NCBI GenBank assembly: GCA_963807605.1
Contig: CAWECG010000003.1
Coordinates: 832,001-896,000 of the forward strand
Reading direction: 5' to 3'
From: Candidatus Bathyarchaeota archaeon
Lineage (GTDB): Archaea > Thermoproteota > Bathyarchaeia > 40CM-2-53-6 > RBG-13-38-9
DNA: 64,000 nt
The position numbers were made by a program, and so were the translations under genes. Each line of letters starts with the position of its first letter. The first letter of the stretch is position 1. The notes under the pieces were generated by a model. That model had not been told where the DNA came from. It did no database searches and saw only the letters and a list, made by a program, of their open reading frames with translations. This document shows positions 1 to 10,144 of this stretch, in pieces.

Positions 1-3
1 ATC

Positions 4-288
4 TTGTCAGCTCCTGACAGCTCGGTTCACAAAGGTCTTTCAGAAATAAGCCACTACTACGCAGAATTATTCGTCGGTTACGAGGGAGCAGAAATCAGAA
101 CTACAATATTAGAGATTGAGATCCGCGGCAAAGATGCACACGCCAGCTACAATGTTGGACTGAGGACATGGCATTTCGGTGCGACTGAGCCCCCACAATT
201 CTTCTATAAAGACAGTTTTGATCTAAGAAAGACGGGGGATACGTGGAAAATAACTGCTTTGCTGACAGAGACGAGCCAACCTAGATAG
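4..288 (+). CDS. NTF2/SnoaL-like domain protein, probably 5'-truncated by the window edge
   Basis: C-terminal FYKDSFDLRKTGDTWKIT pattern typical of NTF2-like folds; clear paralog of 11514..12065. Confidence 0.6.
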   Translation: MSAPDSSVHKGLSEISHYYAELFVGYEGAEIRTTILEIEIRGKDAHASYNVGLRTWHFGATEPPQFFYKDSFDLRKTGDTWKITALLTETSQPR

Positions 289-473
289 GCACTCCAGTCA
301 CCGCACCTAGCAGGCATCTAATCTCAATAATTGCTTAGCAGTTTAAGTATTCTAAGCTTCATCATTTTGTGTGCATGTTATTGTTCGATACACACCAGAC
401 GCATCCCTAATGCAGGCGTGTATCAGAACAACTACAAGAACCGGAAGATCTTATATAAAGACATTAGTTCTTC

Positions 474-1691
474 TTGGGTGAGGTTTCAAGATTGCCTAAC
501 CCAAAATATTCAAAGTTTCTGGAAGAAAGGGCCACTGAGCTAAAGCAGATTGGCTTCGCACCTCATATTCGGGTTCTGTCAGGTCCAAACTCCACCAAAG
601 CTAATCTCGACGGAAAAGAGGTCTTGGTTCTTTGTGCAAACAACTACCTCGGATTAGCAAACCATCCAGAGATGATGAAAGCCGCCAAAGAGGCCATCGA
701 CAAATATGGAGCCGGAATGGGTACGGGCCGGATGATAATGACCTATGACATTCAGAACGAACTGGAGGAGAAGCTTGCAGGATTCAAGTCTTCAAAGGCC
801 TCACTATGTTTCCCGACAGGCTACGTTGCGAATTTAGGAGGCATATGGCCACTGATGGCTGAGGGTGACACGATCATAAGTGAAGAACTCAACCATGCCA
901 GTATAATTGATGGGTGTAGAATGTCCAGAAATGTGAACCGTCTTGTGTACAAACATTTAGACATGATAGATTTGGAAGAGAAACTTAAGACCAGTATGAA
1001 AGACCGCTCCAAAGGCAAGAGCATGATAATCTCAGACGCAGTCTTTAGTATGGACGGTGACATATGCAAGCTACCAGAGATGGTTGAACTCGCCGAGAAA
1101 TATGACGCGTTCGTCTTCATCGACGAAGCACACGCTTCAGGAGTTCTCGGAAAGACAGGAAAAGGTACTGTCGAACACTTCAATCTTTACGGAAGGGTTG
1201 AGGTCCAGATGGGAACGCTTTCAAAAGCAATAGCAACTGTTGGAGGATATGTTGCTGGAAGCGAGGACTTGGTCTACTATCTGAGGCGTGCATCTAGACC
1301 CTTTGTCTTTTCAACAGGATTCCTAGACCCAGCAACATGTGGCGCAACGATGAAGGCCCTTGAGATAATAGAGAGGGAGCCGCAACGCGTGCAGAAACTC
1401 TGGGATAACACTAGATACTTTAAGAAAGGATTGGAGGACTTAGGGTTCAATACAGGAGTCAGCCAGACACCCATTACCCCCGTCATAGTCGGTCCAACGG
1501 AGAAGGCCCGCGATCTGAGCAAGTATCTGTACGAAGAAGAAAGTATCTACGTCCAAGCCTTCAGCTACCCAGTCGTACCGAAGGAAACGGCGCGAGTAAG
1601 AACCATAGTCAACGCACATCATACACGTGAACAGTTGGATTCTGCGCTGGGTGCCTTCGAAAGAGTGGGAAAGAAATTAGACTTACTCTGA
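474..1691 (+). CDS. Glycine C-acetyltransferase / 8-amino-7-oxononanoate synthase family PLP enzyme
   Basis: ANNYLGLA, SEELNHASIIDG, FSMDGD, DEAHA and GTLSKA (PLP lysine) motifs. Confidence 0.9.
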   Translation: MGEVSRLPNPKYSKFLEERATELKQIGFAPHIRVLSGPNSTKANLDGKEVLVLCANNYLGLANHPEMMKAAKEAIDKYGAGMGTGRMIMTYDIQNELEEKLAGFKSSKASLCFPTGYVANLGGIWPLMAEGDTIISEELNHASIIDGCRMSRNVNRLVYKHLDMIDLEEKLKTSMKDRSKGKSMIISDAVFSMDGDICKLPEMVELAEKYDAFVFIDEAHASGVLGKTGKGTVEHFNLYGRVEVQMGTLSKAIATVGGYVAGSEDLVYYLRRASRPFVFSTGFLDPATCGATMKALEIIEREPQRVQKLWDNTRYFKKGLEDLGFNTGVSQTPITPVIVGPTEKARDLSKYLYEEESIYVQAFSYPVVPKETARVRTIVNAHHTREQLDSALGAFERVGKKLDLL

Positions 1692-1746
1692 AGGCATTCG
1701 ACGAATTAAGATTCTTCAGAGTAAGATTTCCTTTTTCTTACGATCG

Positions 1747-2628
1747 TTAAACGCTTTCATAGATTTCTTTTAGAATCTTGATGTTTTCCTTCAAGGTCTT
1801 GACGGGATCTTGGAGGTTTAGTAATTCAAGAGAGTAGTAACCGTCGTATTTCTTCTGTTTCAGGGCTTTAATGAATTTTACAAGGTCGCTCTTGGGCATC
1901 GTGCCGACATCTAGAGGTGTATGAATGTCATTCTTTCCATCGTTGTTGTCAAAGTGGATATGATAGAGCTTATCGGTCTTCATGATGGTCTCCATAGGAT
2001 CCTCCTTGGTCATATTCAAGTGTCCAATGTCTATCAAGGCGCCGAAGTTCTCTATTTTGAATTCCTTTATGAGTTGGTTAAGATAATCTGCTTTATCCAC
2101 AATCTTTCCAGGAGAATGTTCAATACACATTTTGACTCCTGCCGCTTTTGCATAATCACATGACTCAACTAGAGATTCGCGTAGCAATTCCACAACTTTG
2201 CCGATATCGGGCACATCACTTCTGTTAGTTGGAGTGACCAAGTAGATATTATCCGCTCCGAAGTCATTAGCCCAGTCGACGCAATCTTTGACATACTGAA
2301 TAGTTCTCTCCCTCACGGTTCTGTCAGGGCTCTCCAAACAGAATCGTCCCCCACCCAAGGCTATTGGAGGCCCAGTCGCGACCATCATGCCTTCCAAGCC
2401 GAGTCTACTCAAGATATTCTTTGTTTCTCTTCGCCTTTCTGGTGTAAGCTCCTCAGGATATGCTAGGATCTCTACCCCTTCGAAACCGGCCTCCTTACTG
2501 AGCTCCAGCCTTTTCTCAGGTTTCTCCTTCAGGAAAGTGACAGTGTTTATTCCAATCTTCAATGTGGATCCGCTCAGATTCTGACTAGCATCCAAAAACA
2601 ATATATGCTTTTCACAACTTGTCATCAA
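1747..2628 (-). CDS. Sugar phosphate isomerase/epimerase (AP endonuclease 2 TIM barrel); true start may be TTG ~2562
   Basis: AGFEGVEI, IEH, DIGHLN, HIHFDNN and SLE metal-binding pattern. Confidence 0.8.
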   Translation of the reverse strand: MMTSCEKHILFLDASQNLSGSTLKIGINTVTFLKEKPEKRLELSKEAGFEGVEILAYPEELTPERRRETKNILSRLGLEGMMVATGPPIALGGGRFCLESPDRTVRERTIQYVKDCVDWANDFGADNIYLVTPTNRSDVPDIGKVVELLRESLVESCDYAKAAGVKMCIEHSPGKIVDKADYLNQLIKEFKIENFGALIDIGHLNMTKEDPMETIMKTDKLYHIHFDNNDGKNDIHTPLDVGTMPKSDLVKFIKALKQKKYDGYYSLELLNLQDPVKTLKENIKILKEIYESV

Positions 2629-2950
2629 AAAATTCTGCTAGACTAGTCTATAGTTCACGTAATCTTTGGAAGCGCAAGCGCGACACAGAGGGAATGAATT
2701 ATGTGTGTGTCCTAGCTGGTGAGGGAATCAGAATTCGGACTGTTAGCTTTGCGTGCGCTTGCCAGTTATGACGTACACAAGAGGATATCAACAACCCTAG
2801 GTACGCGCGCGCCTAATCTTGATTTACGAGATCTCGAACTACATGCAGGTAGATAGATCCTATAGGAACAGTAACAACAGTTTATGTGAGAATTGCTATC
2901 GCTGATGCCAATCCGTTCAACAAAAAAGAAAAAGGAGGGGATTTTGTGGT

Positions 2951-4336
2951 CTAGAGCGTAGACCACTTTGCCATTGGATATCTCAGCGGCGCCTTCGCGA
3001 CCTTGTCTGGCCAGACGCAGACTGGTTTACCATCCTGCCACTGCAATGCTGACATCTGATGGCCTGTCTGCCAGCCAGTCACTGGATCTATTTGAAAATC
3101 TCCGTAGAAACCGGTGAAACTTACTCCGCCGATAGCTGCTCTGACTGCATCAGAGTCCAGTGGGTTACTACATTTCTCCATAGCTGCCTGCAAGACAAGG
3201 CCCTGAGTGAAACCTATTCCTGCTGGGTAGCCAGGCGCTACGTTGTAGTCATTCTTGAATTGTGAAACGAACCAGTCTTCCGTTGGTCCATAGTTGGAGG
3301 GGTAATTCTCTCCCGGAACCCACTGGGTGATGGAAATTAAGTTTTCGCCGTATTTGGGGCCCAGACCGTCGTAGAATGCTTGGTATACTGCTCCTGTGCC
3401 GCAGTACAGTAGTGCCAGATCCAACCCGATCTGCTGAACACCCTTTGCAACTAGGGGTGCTTTAGCGCCGGCTTCGAATAGGAGTACCTTTGGGTTGGCT
3501 GCTTTGACCCTTGTGAGTACCGGGGTAAAATCTGTTGCATCGAAAGATACCTTCTCATAGTAGACTATGTTCAGCTGAGACTGTTGCTTTGCCCATTGAT
3601 AGCCCCATGTCCCAGCTATGATTCCAAATGCGTCATCCGTGTGAACTATCGCTATGTCCTTTGCAGTTGGATCGTTGGGTAGAACCTTGTTAATGATCAT
3701 CTCATTCAAGGTATTCAGATAGTTGCTTCCGTTAGTGCAGACCATCACAACATATTTCCAGTTTTTCCACTGCGCTGGGTCAAAGGTAGCGGTCCCATAC
3801 AAATTCAGTTTATGATATTTCTCCACTGCAGCAACCGTCGCTTGACCTAAGGGTGCCCATACCGGGCCCATCAGGAAGTCGACTTTATCCTCGCTGATCA
3901 GTTTCTCATAGAATCTGCTGACATTCTCAGGCTTTGACTCATCATTGTAGATATCCAAATCGACCATGTACGTGTTTCCGTCTCCAGCCTTTATTCCGCC
4001 TTGGTCGTTGACCCACTTATTCGCCCAGATTGTCAACCCACGATCTTCATCTATACCGAGTAGACCCACAACGCCGGTTAGAGGCTTGGTTCCACCAACT
4101 TTTACTGTCAGTTTCTGGCCGCCAGTGCTTGTCATAGTTGGAGTTGCAGATGAATTCATACTTGGGGACACAGGCTTGCCGTAAAACTGGTAAGCTCCGT
4201 ATCCAGCAGCAGCTATCACACCCACAGCAACAATGCCGCCAGCGTACTTCAGATAAGCACGTCTAGTAATCTTCTTCTTCTCTTCAGTCGCCTTCGCTTC
4301 AATCTTCTTTTCTTCGCTAGGTTTTTCATCACTCAA
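2951..4336 (-). CDS. Branched-chain amino acid (LivJ-type) ABC substrate-binding protein with twin-arginine signal
   Basis: TRRAYLK followed by a hydrophobic segment; YNDESKP, VDFLMGP, DFTPVLTRVK, FTGFYGDFQID. Confidence 0.85.
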   Translation of the reverse strand: MSDEKPSEEKKIEAKATEEKKKITRRAYLKYAGGIVAVGVIAAAGYGAYQFYGKPVSPSMNSSATPTMTSTGGQKLTVKVGGTKPLTGVVGLLGIDEDRGLTIWANKWVNDQGGIKAGDGNTYMVDLDIYNDESKPENVSRFYEKLISEDKVDFLMGPVWAPLGQATVAAVEKYHKLNLYGTATFDPAQWKNWKYVVMVCTNGSNYLNTLNEMIINKVLPNDPTAKDIAIVHTDDAFGIIAGTWGYQWAKQQSQLNIVYYEKVSFDATDFTPVLTRVKAANPKVLLFEAGAKAPLVAKGVQQIGLDLALLYCGTGAVYQAFYDGLGPKYGENLISITQWVPGENYPSNYGPTEDWFVSQFKNDYNVAPGYPAGIGFTQGLVLQAAMEKCSNPLDSDAVRAAIGGVSFTGFYGDFQIDPVTGWQTGHQMSALQWQDGKPVCVWPDKVAKAPLRYPMAKWSTL

Positions 4337-4435
4337 TCGAAAGAACCTCTATTTTAGGGTCAACAAAGGCGTGCTTATATGAATTGCGGCTCAAGGGTGC
4401 TGTCAAGTTGTCGGTTGATACGATTCTAGCGCGCG

Positions 4436-4765
4436 CTACCTGACTTCAATTCTTACAGTTGGTGATATCATTTTCTCATGATCCATATCTCCAGGCCACA
4501 ATGCCCTCAACAGATAGGATCCAGAGGCTGTTGGCTTCCAGAGATAGGAGTAATTGCCGTCTTGAGTGGCAACCATATTGAGGTTATCCCAAGTCGATCC
4601 TTCATCCTTGCTTATTTGAATGAAAACTAGGGCCAAGTGAACTGGCCATATATTCCCAGATATGCGCACAAAGGAATCTCGATCGGCCGACTGCTCTGAT
4701 AGCTCACATGTGATCACACTCTTGGCTTTAGGAAAGTAAGGAATATCCATCCATCGTCCCAGCAA
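4436..4765 (-). CDS. Small Ig-like beta-sandwich protein
   Basis: GNYSYLWKPTASGSYLLRALWPGD resembles archaeal Ig-like repeats. Confidence 0.55.
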   Translation of the reverse strand: MLGRWMDIPYFPKAKSVITCELSEQSADRDSFVRISGNIWPVHLALVFIQISKDEGSTWDNLNMVATQDGNYSYLWKPTASGSYLLRALWPGDMDHEKMISPTVRIEVR

Positions 4766-4812
4766 TAGGCTTGAAGTACCTTAACCTAGCTATTTAAAAT
4801 TCGAGTAAGATC

Positions 4813-5778
4813 TCAGAAAAGATGCTTATCGATAATTCGTGGTTTATCGCCGACCTTACTTACAATTATATTATTGAAACCGACCTTCTTGATTCTAGAA
4901 GCTATCTCGGCAAGATTATGGGTATGTGAGTTGACGAAAACTGATGGGCCGGTATCTATTGAGTACCATGCGGAAATCTGGTCGGCCCGCATGGCTACAA
5001 CTTCCTTTATGATCTTCAATGTTTCGGGTTCCCACAAAACCATATGATACTTTCCCGTCATCGTAGTAGCGTGGAGATTTAGTGTATCCTCCTCCGCAAG
5101 TCTTGCAACCGAAGCTGCATCTTTTAGATATATTGCTCTCTTCATGGTCTCAACCATTTCCCTTATCCGTTTGAGTCTGATGTCAAATAAGGGTGAACCC
5201 AATACTTCTTCGTGTGCTTCATCTGTTCTGACTTCTGAAGGAACTGGAACAATCACCATCCCAAGATCCAGAGCATCTGGTGGGGCAAGTTGCTCTGCGT
5301 ACGACCTCCCATTCTTGTTTGCATACCACAAAGCATACCCACCAGCTAGACTTCTTGTTGCTGAGCCTGCTCCCAGTCTTACCGTCTCCGACAGTTTCAC
5401 ATAATCAAGCGAGATTCCTAGGGCCTTCGATACAGCAACACCTAGGGCCGCGAATCCAGAAGCTGAGAAGCCAAGCCCCTTGCCCCGTAAAACACTATTC
5501 TCTGAAACTACTCTAATCTTGTCTTGAACACGGGCTGCACGCCTTAATTCGTTCAGGACCACCAGAACTCTATCCTTCGCTTTTCCATCGAGATTGATAC
5601 CATTGACGGTAATCTCATCTTCAGTTAGATGGCTGTCTGTTTCTACAGTGGTGGTTGTCTTCATAGCTTCTGCACATATCGAAATGCTATCGTGGAAAGG
5701 GATCCTTCTTATGGGATCGACTAAGCCGTGATACTTGATCAGCCCTTGGATGGGGTGAGCTTCAGCAGTGACCTTCAT
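4813..5778 (-). CDS. mvaD: Phosphomevalonate/diphosphomevalonate decarboxylase (haloarchaeal MvaD type, GHMP family)
   Basis: Start at ATG 5778; N-terminus MKVTAEAHPIQGLIKYHG..RIPFHDSIS; GKGLGFSASGFAAL, GAGSATRS, YSIDTGPSV. Confidence 0.85.
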   Translation of the reverse strand: MKVTAEAHPIQGLIKYHGLVDPIRRIPFHDSISICAEAMKTTTTVETDSHLTEDEITVNGINLDGKAKDRVLVVLNELRRAARVQDKIRVVSENSVLRGKGLGFSASGFAALGVAVSKALGISLDYVKLSETVRLGAGSATRSLAGGYALWYANKNGRSYAEQLAPPDALDLGMVIVPVPSEVRTDEAHEEVLGSPLFDIRLKRIREMVETMKRAIYLKDAASVARLAEEDTLNLHATTMTGKYHMVLWEPETLKIIKEVVAMRADQISAWYSIDTGPSVFVNSHTHNLAEIASRIKKVGFNNIIVSKVGDKPRIIDKHLF

Positions 5779-5899
5779 GGGCAATCGAAGTCGAAGGTTT
5801 TTGCAGCTATATTTAAGCACATAGGAAAGCTCGAAAGCACGCGCCGACACGATCAAAAGGTTGATAACTTCTAACTGAACATCTTTTGTCTGAAGTCGC

Positions 5900-6556
5900 A
5901 TGTCCAAGCCAAATCGCAGGAAGTTCCTTGCTGCTGGAGCAGGATGTGCACTCGCTATTGGTGCTGCATACCTGCTAAAGGACGAGCTCTATTCGCTCGT
6001 GGGAAGCACCGTTTCACGTGAGACTGTGATCAATTCGGCGCCTACATCCGATGTTACACCAGCGCCGAGCCCCACTTCATCACCAGCTTCAACGGAATCC
6101 TCAACAAAAGGCCAGACGCCTGCCAAACCGGCTCCAGACTTCACATTGCCTGTTGTGGGACCTAGCGGCCTTACTGGAAAGACAGTCTCCTTATCATCAT
6201 ATCGTGAGAAGGTTGTGCTTCTGGAGTTCATGGCTCCTTGGTGTGTGCACTGCCAGAATATGGCGCCCATTCTTGTGAATCTCTACAATAAATATGGTGG
6301 TGACCGGATCGACTTTCTATCGGTCTCAGGCTCTTGGCGCGGGGCAACGGCCGATGATGTGGCAAAGTTCATCCGAGATTACAAGTCAAGTTGGACGTAT
6401 GCATATGATTCATCAAACAAAGCTCCAAACTTGTACGGTGTATCTGCAACACCAACCTTCTTCACCATTGGAAAGGACGGCTCGATTGCGGATAACTACA
6501 CCGGCGAGGTTTCTTTCGAGACCTTGGCAGGAGACTTGAACCGTTTAACTGCCTGA
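5900..6556 (+). CDS. TlpA/ResA-like thioredoxin-fold protein with Tat signal
   Basis: NRRKFL plus hydrophobic segment; APDFTL, WCVHC (CxxC), ATPTF. Confidence 0.85.
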   Translation: MSKPNRRKFLAAGAGCALAIGAAYLLKDELYSLVGSTVSRETVINSAPTSDVTPAPSPTSSPASTESSTKGQTPAKPAPDFTLPVVGPSGLTGKTVSLSSYREKVVLLEFMAPWCVHCQNMAPILVNLYNKYGGDRIDFLSVSGSWRGATADDVAKFIRDYKSSWTYAYDSSNKAPNLYGVSATPTFFTIGKDGSIADNYTGEVSFETLAGDLNRLTA

Positions 6557-6564
6557 GGGATGCA

Positions 6565-6993
6565 TTGTTGCGAGAGAGATTATCTTGGACGATTGTTAGT
6601 CTGGCCATCATTGGTGCTGCGATTTCTGTCTACCTCACGATATATAGTGTTGATCTACAGTCAGGAGCTTGTACACTGAGTGACTACTTCTCGTGCTCAG
6701 CTGTCCTCTCAAGTTCCTACTCAAAATTTGGAGGGATTCCAACAGCATCATTCGGGATCATCTGGTTTGTAACCACTGCAGTAATGTGCGTATGGGCATC
6801 AAAGAATGAAGCTTTACAGAAGTACTTGTTAGGATGGTCGCTAGTGGGATTACTCAGCGTCTTCATTCTTGTCTATACCGAGATATTCTTGGTGGGAGCT
6901 ATATGTCCTCTATGTACAGCAGTCCACATATTGGTTATCACTATTCTAGTCTTGACTATATGCCTCCGGAGGAGTAGGCCTAGGGACAGGTAG
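6565..6993 (+). CDS. Vitamin K epoxide reductase (VKOR) family membrane protein
   Basis: C..SCSAVLSSSYS..GIP loop and CPLC active site; four hydrophobic segments. Confidence 0.9.
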   Translation: MLRERLSWTIVSLAIIGAAISVYLTIYSVDLQSGACTLSDYFSCSAVLSSSYSKFGGIPTASFGIIWFVTTAVMCVWASKNEALQKYLLGWSLVGLLSVFILVYTEIFLVGAICPLCTAVHILVITILVLTICLRRSRPRDR

Positions 6994-7259
6994 CAAAAGA
7001 GTCTACTTAGCTGAACATCTGCGCCTTTTACGCGCGCGTGTCCGGTTGGACAGATGTTGTCCCAGTCTTAACTTGTGAGTAGTAGAATATTGTGCCAATA
7101 ATTGATAAGATGAGCAATGCTGCGACAGTAGTCTTAGCTACATCTAGGTCAAACTTGACCGTTACAACTTTCCCCGACACCCACGGGCTTCAGTTGAACC
7201 AACTAATTAGCACTTAAATTAATGTTCAATCTAGGGTTCCAAATGTTTTACTGAATCTC

Positions 7260-7787
7260 CTAGTTTCCGGCTTTCAGCACATATGGTGATTGTTGCTCCA
7301 AGTTGTCCCTGTCCTCAAGAACTAATCTGAACTTTTGGAGTCCCTTGCCAGCCCAATTTTTGAACTCCATTTCAAGATAGTCTATGTAGTTGAAAAGGTT
7401 CATTTTGAAGCCATAATTTGAGGATATAATCTCTGGAATCAGTTTTGGATCTTCAGTCAGCTGCATCTTTTCAATTAACTCTAGCGTTCTAGAGGTCAGT
7501 CCACGTAGTTCCTCAATGGCTTCAGGAATATGTACACTTCTTGGAGGGTTAACTTCAACAATATCTTGGATAAGCTTCTTCTGAAGGCTAAGTTCGTCCT
7601 CTAATCCATGAAAGATGTCTATTTGATACGCCATTTCTTTCTGTATTTCTAGGACGAATCGCAACCATCGCTCGCGGTTCTCCCTAACAATGTCTGTCTG
7701 TCGAGCCAGAGTATCTATAATTTCGTTCAGTTTATCTGTTGTTTCGGAAATCGGTCCCTTGCTTTCAGTCTCAGCCTCAGGTGGCAA
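7260..7787 (-). CDS. Hypothetical helical/coiled-coil protein
   Basis: 175-aa ORF, charged and helical; no recognised motif. Confidence 0.5.
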   Translation of the reverse strand: MPPEAETESKGPISETTDKLNEIIDTLARQTDIVRENRERWLRFVLEIQKEMAYQIDIFHGLEDELSLQKKLIQDIVEVNPPRSVHIPEAIEELRGLTSRTLELIEKMQLTEDPKLIPEIISSNYGFKMNLFNYIDYLEMEFKNWAGKGLQKFRLVLEDRDNLEQQSPYVLKAGN

Positions 7788-7955
7788 ATGCTGAACCCTG
7801 CGCTTCGTAGTAGATCTTACCTTATTTCAATCTTGTTGCAGTGTTTGTGCGCTAGGATCCAAGATGACCAGACATTATCAACTTGAGAAGTGCCTTTGTC
7901 ATTCTCTTCATAAACTCTAAATCTTGCTGTTCCAATACGTCCAGACGATAATCAG

Positions 7956-8372
7956 TTGCCACCAATAAAGTACCTAACAAGATCTCCGGGTTTAGGATTG
8001 CCGCACGGCCTATACGACTTCACTGAGGAAGTCCTTGAGAGCAAAATACTGCCAAATAGGGCTGGAAACTACGCTATCGGGTACATCGCTCCTATAGGGG
8101 GATTCGCGCCGAAGATCATTGGAGGCTCAGATAGTGATCTGCTACAAGAAATGCTGAGAAAGCTTGACACAGCAAAAGAAAGAGGTTATGACAAGTTCTG
8201 TTTCAAATATGCTAATTCTCCAGAGGACCGCTTTGAACAGGAATGTCTGAATTATCATTCTTTCCGGAGGCAATTAGACAATAAGAAGCATCCCTGCTCT
8301 CCTGAAGGAACCAAACTAAGTTGTCCGGACAAAGTTTGTGCTCAGTTCTTCCAATACGCTAAAGATACATAA
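7956..8372 (+). CDS. Hypothetical protein, possibly distant GIY-YIG-like
   Basis: GNYAIG..G.SD.DL..FKYA.S..FE.EC.NYH.F..LDN..HP..P....CP pattern recalled from a conserved hypothetical family. Confidence 0.5.
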   Translation: MPPIKYLTRSPGLGLPHGLYDFTEEVLESKILPNRAGNYAIGYIAPIGGFAPKIIGGSDSDLLQEMLRKLDTAKERGYDKFCFKYANSPEDRFEQECLNYHSFRRQLDNKKHPCSPEGTKLSCPDKVCAQFFQYAKDT

Positions 8373-8419
8373 CAGATGACTGGACTTAGCTTTCCAGACG
8401 ATTTGGAGTTAGTTTAAGG

Positions 8420-9463
8420 ATGCGTATGACGCCACGAGAGAGATGGATGACTGCCGTAAGACATGAAGAGCCAGATATGGTCCCAGTCGGTTTTTTACGC
8501 TCCACATACGACGCCACAAGGCTGAACCTTGATGTGAAAGAGTACCTCCTTGATCCAAAGACTAAGCTTAACGCCCAGATAGAGTTACACAAGCGCTTTC
8601 CCGATTGCGCCTTCATCCCAAGCATATATCCCGATTTCGGTATGGTACCAGAACTCTCAGCGCTAGGTGCTGAAATACGACTCTACAGTAACCAGCCTCC
8701 TAAGGCTGTAGCGTTCATCAAGACACCAGAGCAAATTGACAGTCTAGAAGTTCCGGACCCGTATAATGATGGACTTATCCCCAAAGTCCTTGAGGCTTAC
8801 AAGTACATGCAAGCAAATGCACCTAAGGAATACACGGTCGATCCTCCATTTGTCACGGGTCCACTTTGCTTGGCCAGCGAACTTAGAGGCTTGGGGGGAA
8901 TATTCTCTGATATGTTCAGGAATCCTTCTTCACTGCATAAGCTCTTAGAGACATGCACCAAGACTGTTATCGAATACGTCAGAGCACTAGACGAAGTCTC
9001 AGGTGAATCCCAGTTCCTGTTCTTGGCGGATGATATTGTTGGTTTGGTGTCTGCGAAATTCGCCGACGAATATGGTTTCAGGTATATGAAAAGAATCTAT
9101 GACTCATTCAGCGGAAGAATGAGAGTTTACCATAACGACGCCAAGACGATGCATCTCCTAGAACGGATACGTGATGTGGGTGTTCAGCTCTTCAATTTCA
9201 GTTTCCAGAATGATATTAAAGAGACGAAAGAAAGGATCGGTGACCATGTCTGCCTCTGGGGTAATGTCGAACCGATAGGCATTTTCCGCACGGGTAGCCC
9301 CGAGGAGATTGAAGAAATTTGTCGGCAGAAGATAGAAGTAGCTGCCCCTGAGGGTCGGTATGTTCTTTCCACAGGAGCCGCTGTATACGGTCCAGATAGA
9401 AGCATAGATGCAATGATAAACGCGAGTAAGAAATATGGCAAATACCCCATCCATAGGTCTTAG
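8420..9463 (+). CDS. Uroporphyrinogen decarboxylase / MtaA-CmuA methyltransferase family protein (paralog 1)
   Basis: MTPRER..PDMVPV, GP...A..LRG, LWGNVEP, G.PEEI; close paralog of 21209..22246. Confidence 0.85.
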   Translation: MRMTPRERWMTAVRHEEPDMVPVGFLRSTYDATRLNLDVKEYLLDPKTKLNAQIELHKRFPDCAFIPSIYPDFGMVPELSALGAEIRLYSNQPPKAVAFIKTPEQIDSLEVPDPYNDGLIPKVLEAYKYMQANAPKEYTVDPPFVTGPLCLASELRGLGGIFSDMFRNPSSLHKLLETCTKTVIEYVRALDEVSGESQFLFLADDIVGLVSAKFADEYGFRYMKRIYDSFSGRMRVYHNDAKTMHLLERIRDVGVQLFNFSFQNDIKETKERIGDHVCLWGNVEPIGIFRTGSPEEIEEICRQKIEVAAPEGRYVLSTGAAVYGPDRSIDAMINASKKYGKYPIHRS

Positions 9464-9523
9464 CATCAACTCTCTGACGACATTGGACAACCGCTTGGGC
9501 ATCACTTACTTCCGAATAAATCA

Positions 9524-9631
9524 ATAGAGGCTTTTGAGTCCGGTCTTCTAGATGTGAAGGATTTCTACTTCTTAGGTGATGATCATCGCTACCATTTTGA
9601 AGGAGAAGCGAAAAGAAGATTCTCTACCTAG
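9524..9631 (+). pseudogene. Possible C-terminal remnant of a solo/casposon-type Cas1
   Basis: Reads IEAFESGLLDVKDFYFLGDDHRYHFEGEAKRRF, recalled as resembling the C-terminus of archaeal solo Cas1; no start codon. Confidence 0.3.
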
Positions 9632-9715
9632 TAAAGAGTATGCTCTTACCTCTGCGAGAGAAACGAGCAGTAGTAATTTGTGTGCTAACTGTCTGCAGTG
9701 GACTTCTTTCAAGGT

Positions 9716-10144
9716 CTAGCGAGTGTCATTTTCTTCTAGAAATTTAGGGCTTGATATAGACACCTTAATTTTTGGAGGATTCATCAGAGTATTGTGAACA
9801 GTGCAATGCTTGACCATTCTGATGATAGCCTGCTCCAGATCGGAATTGACGTCTTGCTTCAAGTCAATCCTTGCTTTGACCTCATCAATCCTTGAGGGGT
9901 TTTTGGCCATTTGCCACTCCAAATCTATTTTCATATTCTCAGATAGAATCTTGTGGCGATCACAGAAGATTTTGGCGTAGACTCCTATGCAGCAGCCTAG
10001 CGAAGAAACGAATAATTCAACAGGAGTCATCCCGGTGTCCTCACCTTCCTCCTCTATAGGCTGGTCTGAGACTATTTTGTGTCCTCTACATTTTGCATTA
10101 AACTTCCATTGCCCGATGTTGGATATCTCTACGCGCATATTCAC
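9716..10144 (-). CDS. OsmC/YhfA family protein
   Basis: SDQP...GEDTGMTPVELF..SLGCC and HCTVHNTL motifs. Confidence 0.9.
   Translation of the reverse strand: MNMRVEISNIGQWKFNAKCRGHKIVSDQPIEEEGEDTGMTPVELFVSSLGCCIGVYAKIFCDRHKILSENMKIDLEWQMAKNPSRIDEVKARIDLKQDVNSDLEQAIIRMVKHCTVHNTLMNPPKIKVSISSPKFLEENDTR

Noticed and set aside
2694-2760. Nucleotidyltransferase N-terminal remnant (VCVLAGEGIRIR)
   Set aside because: Too short to support as a feature without a search
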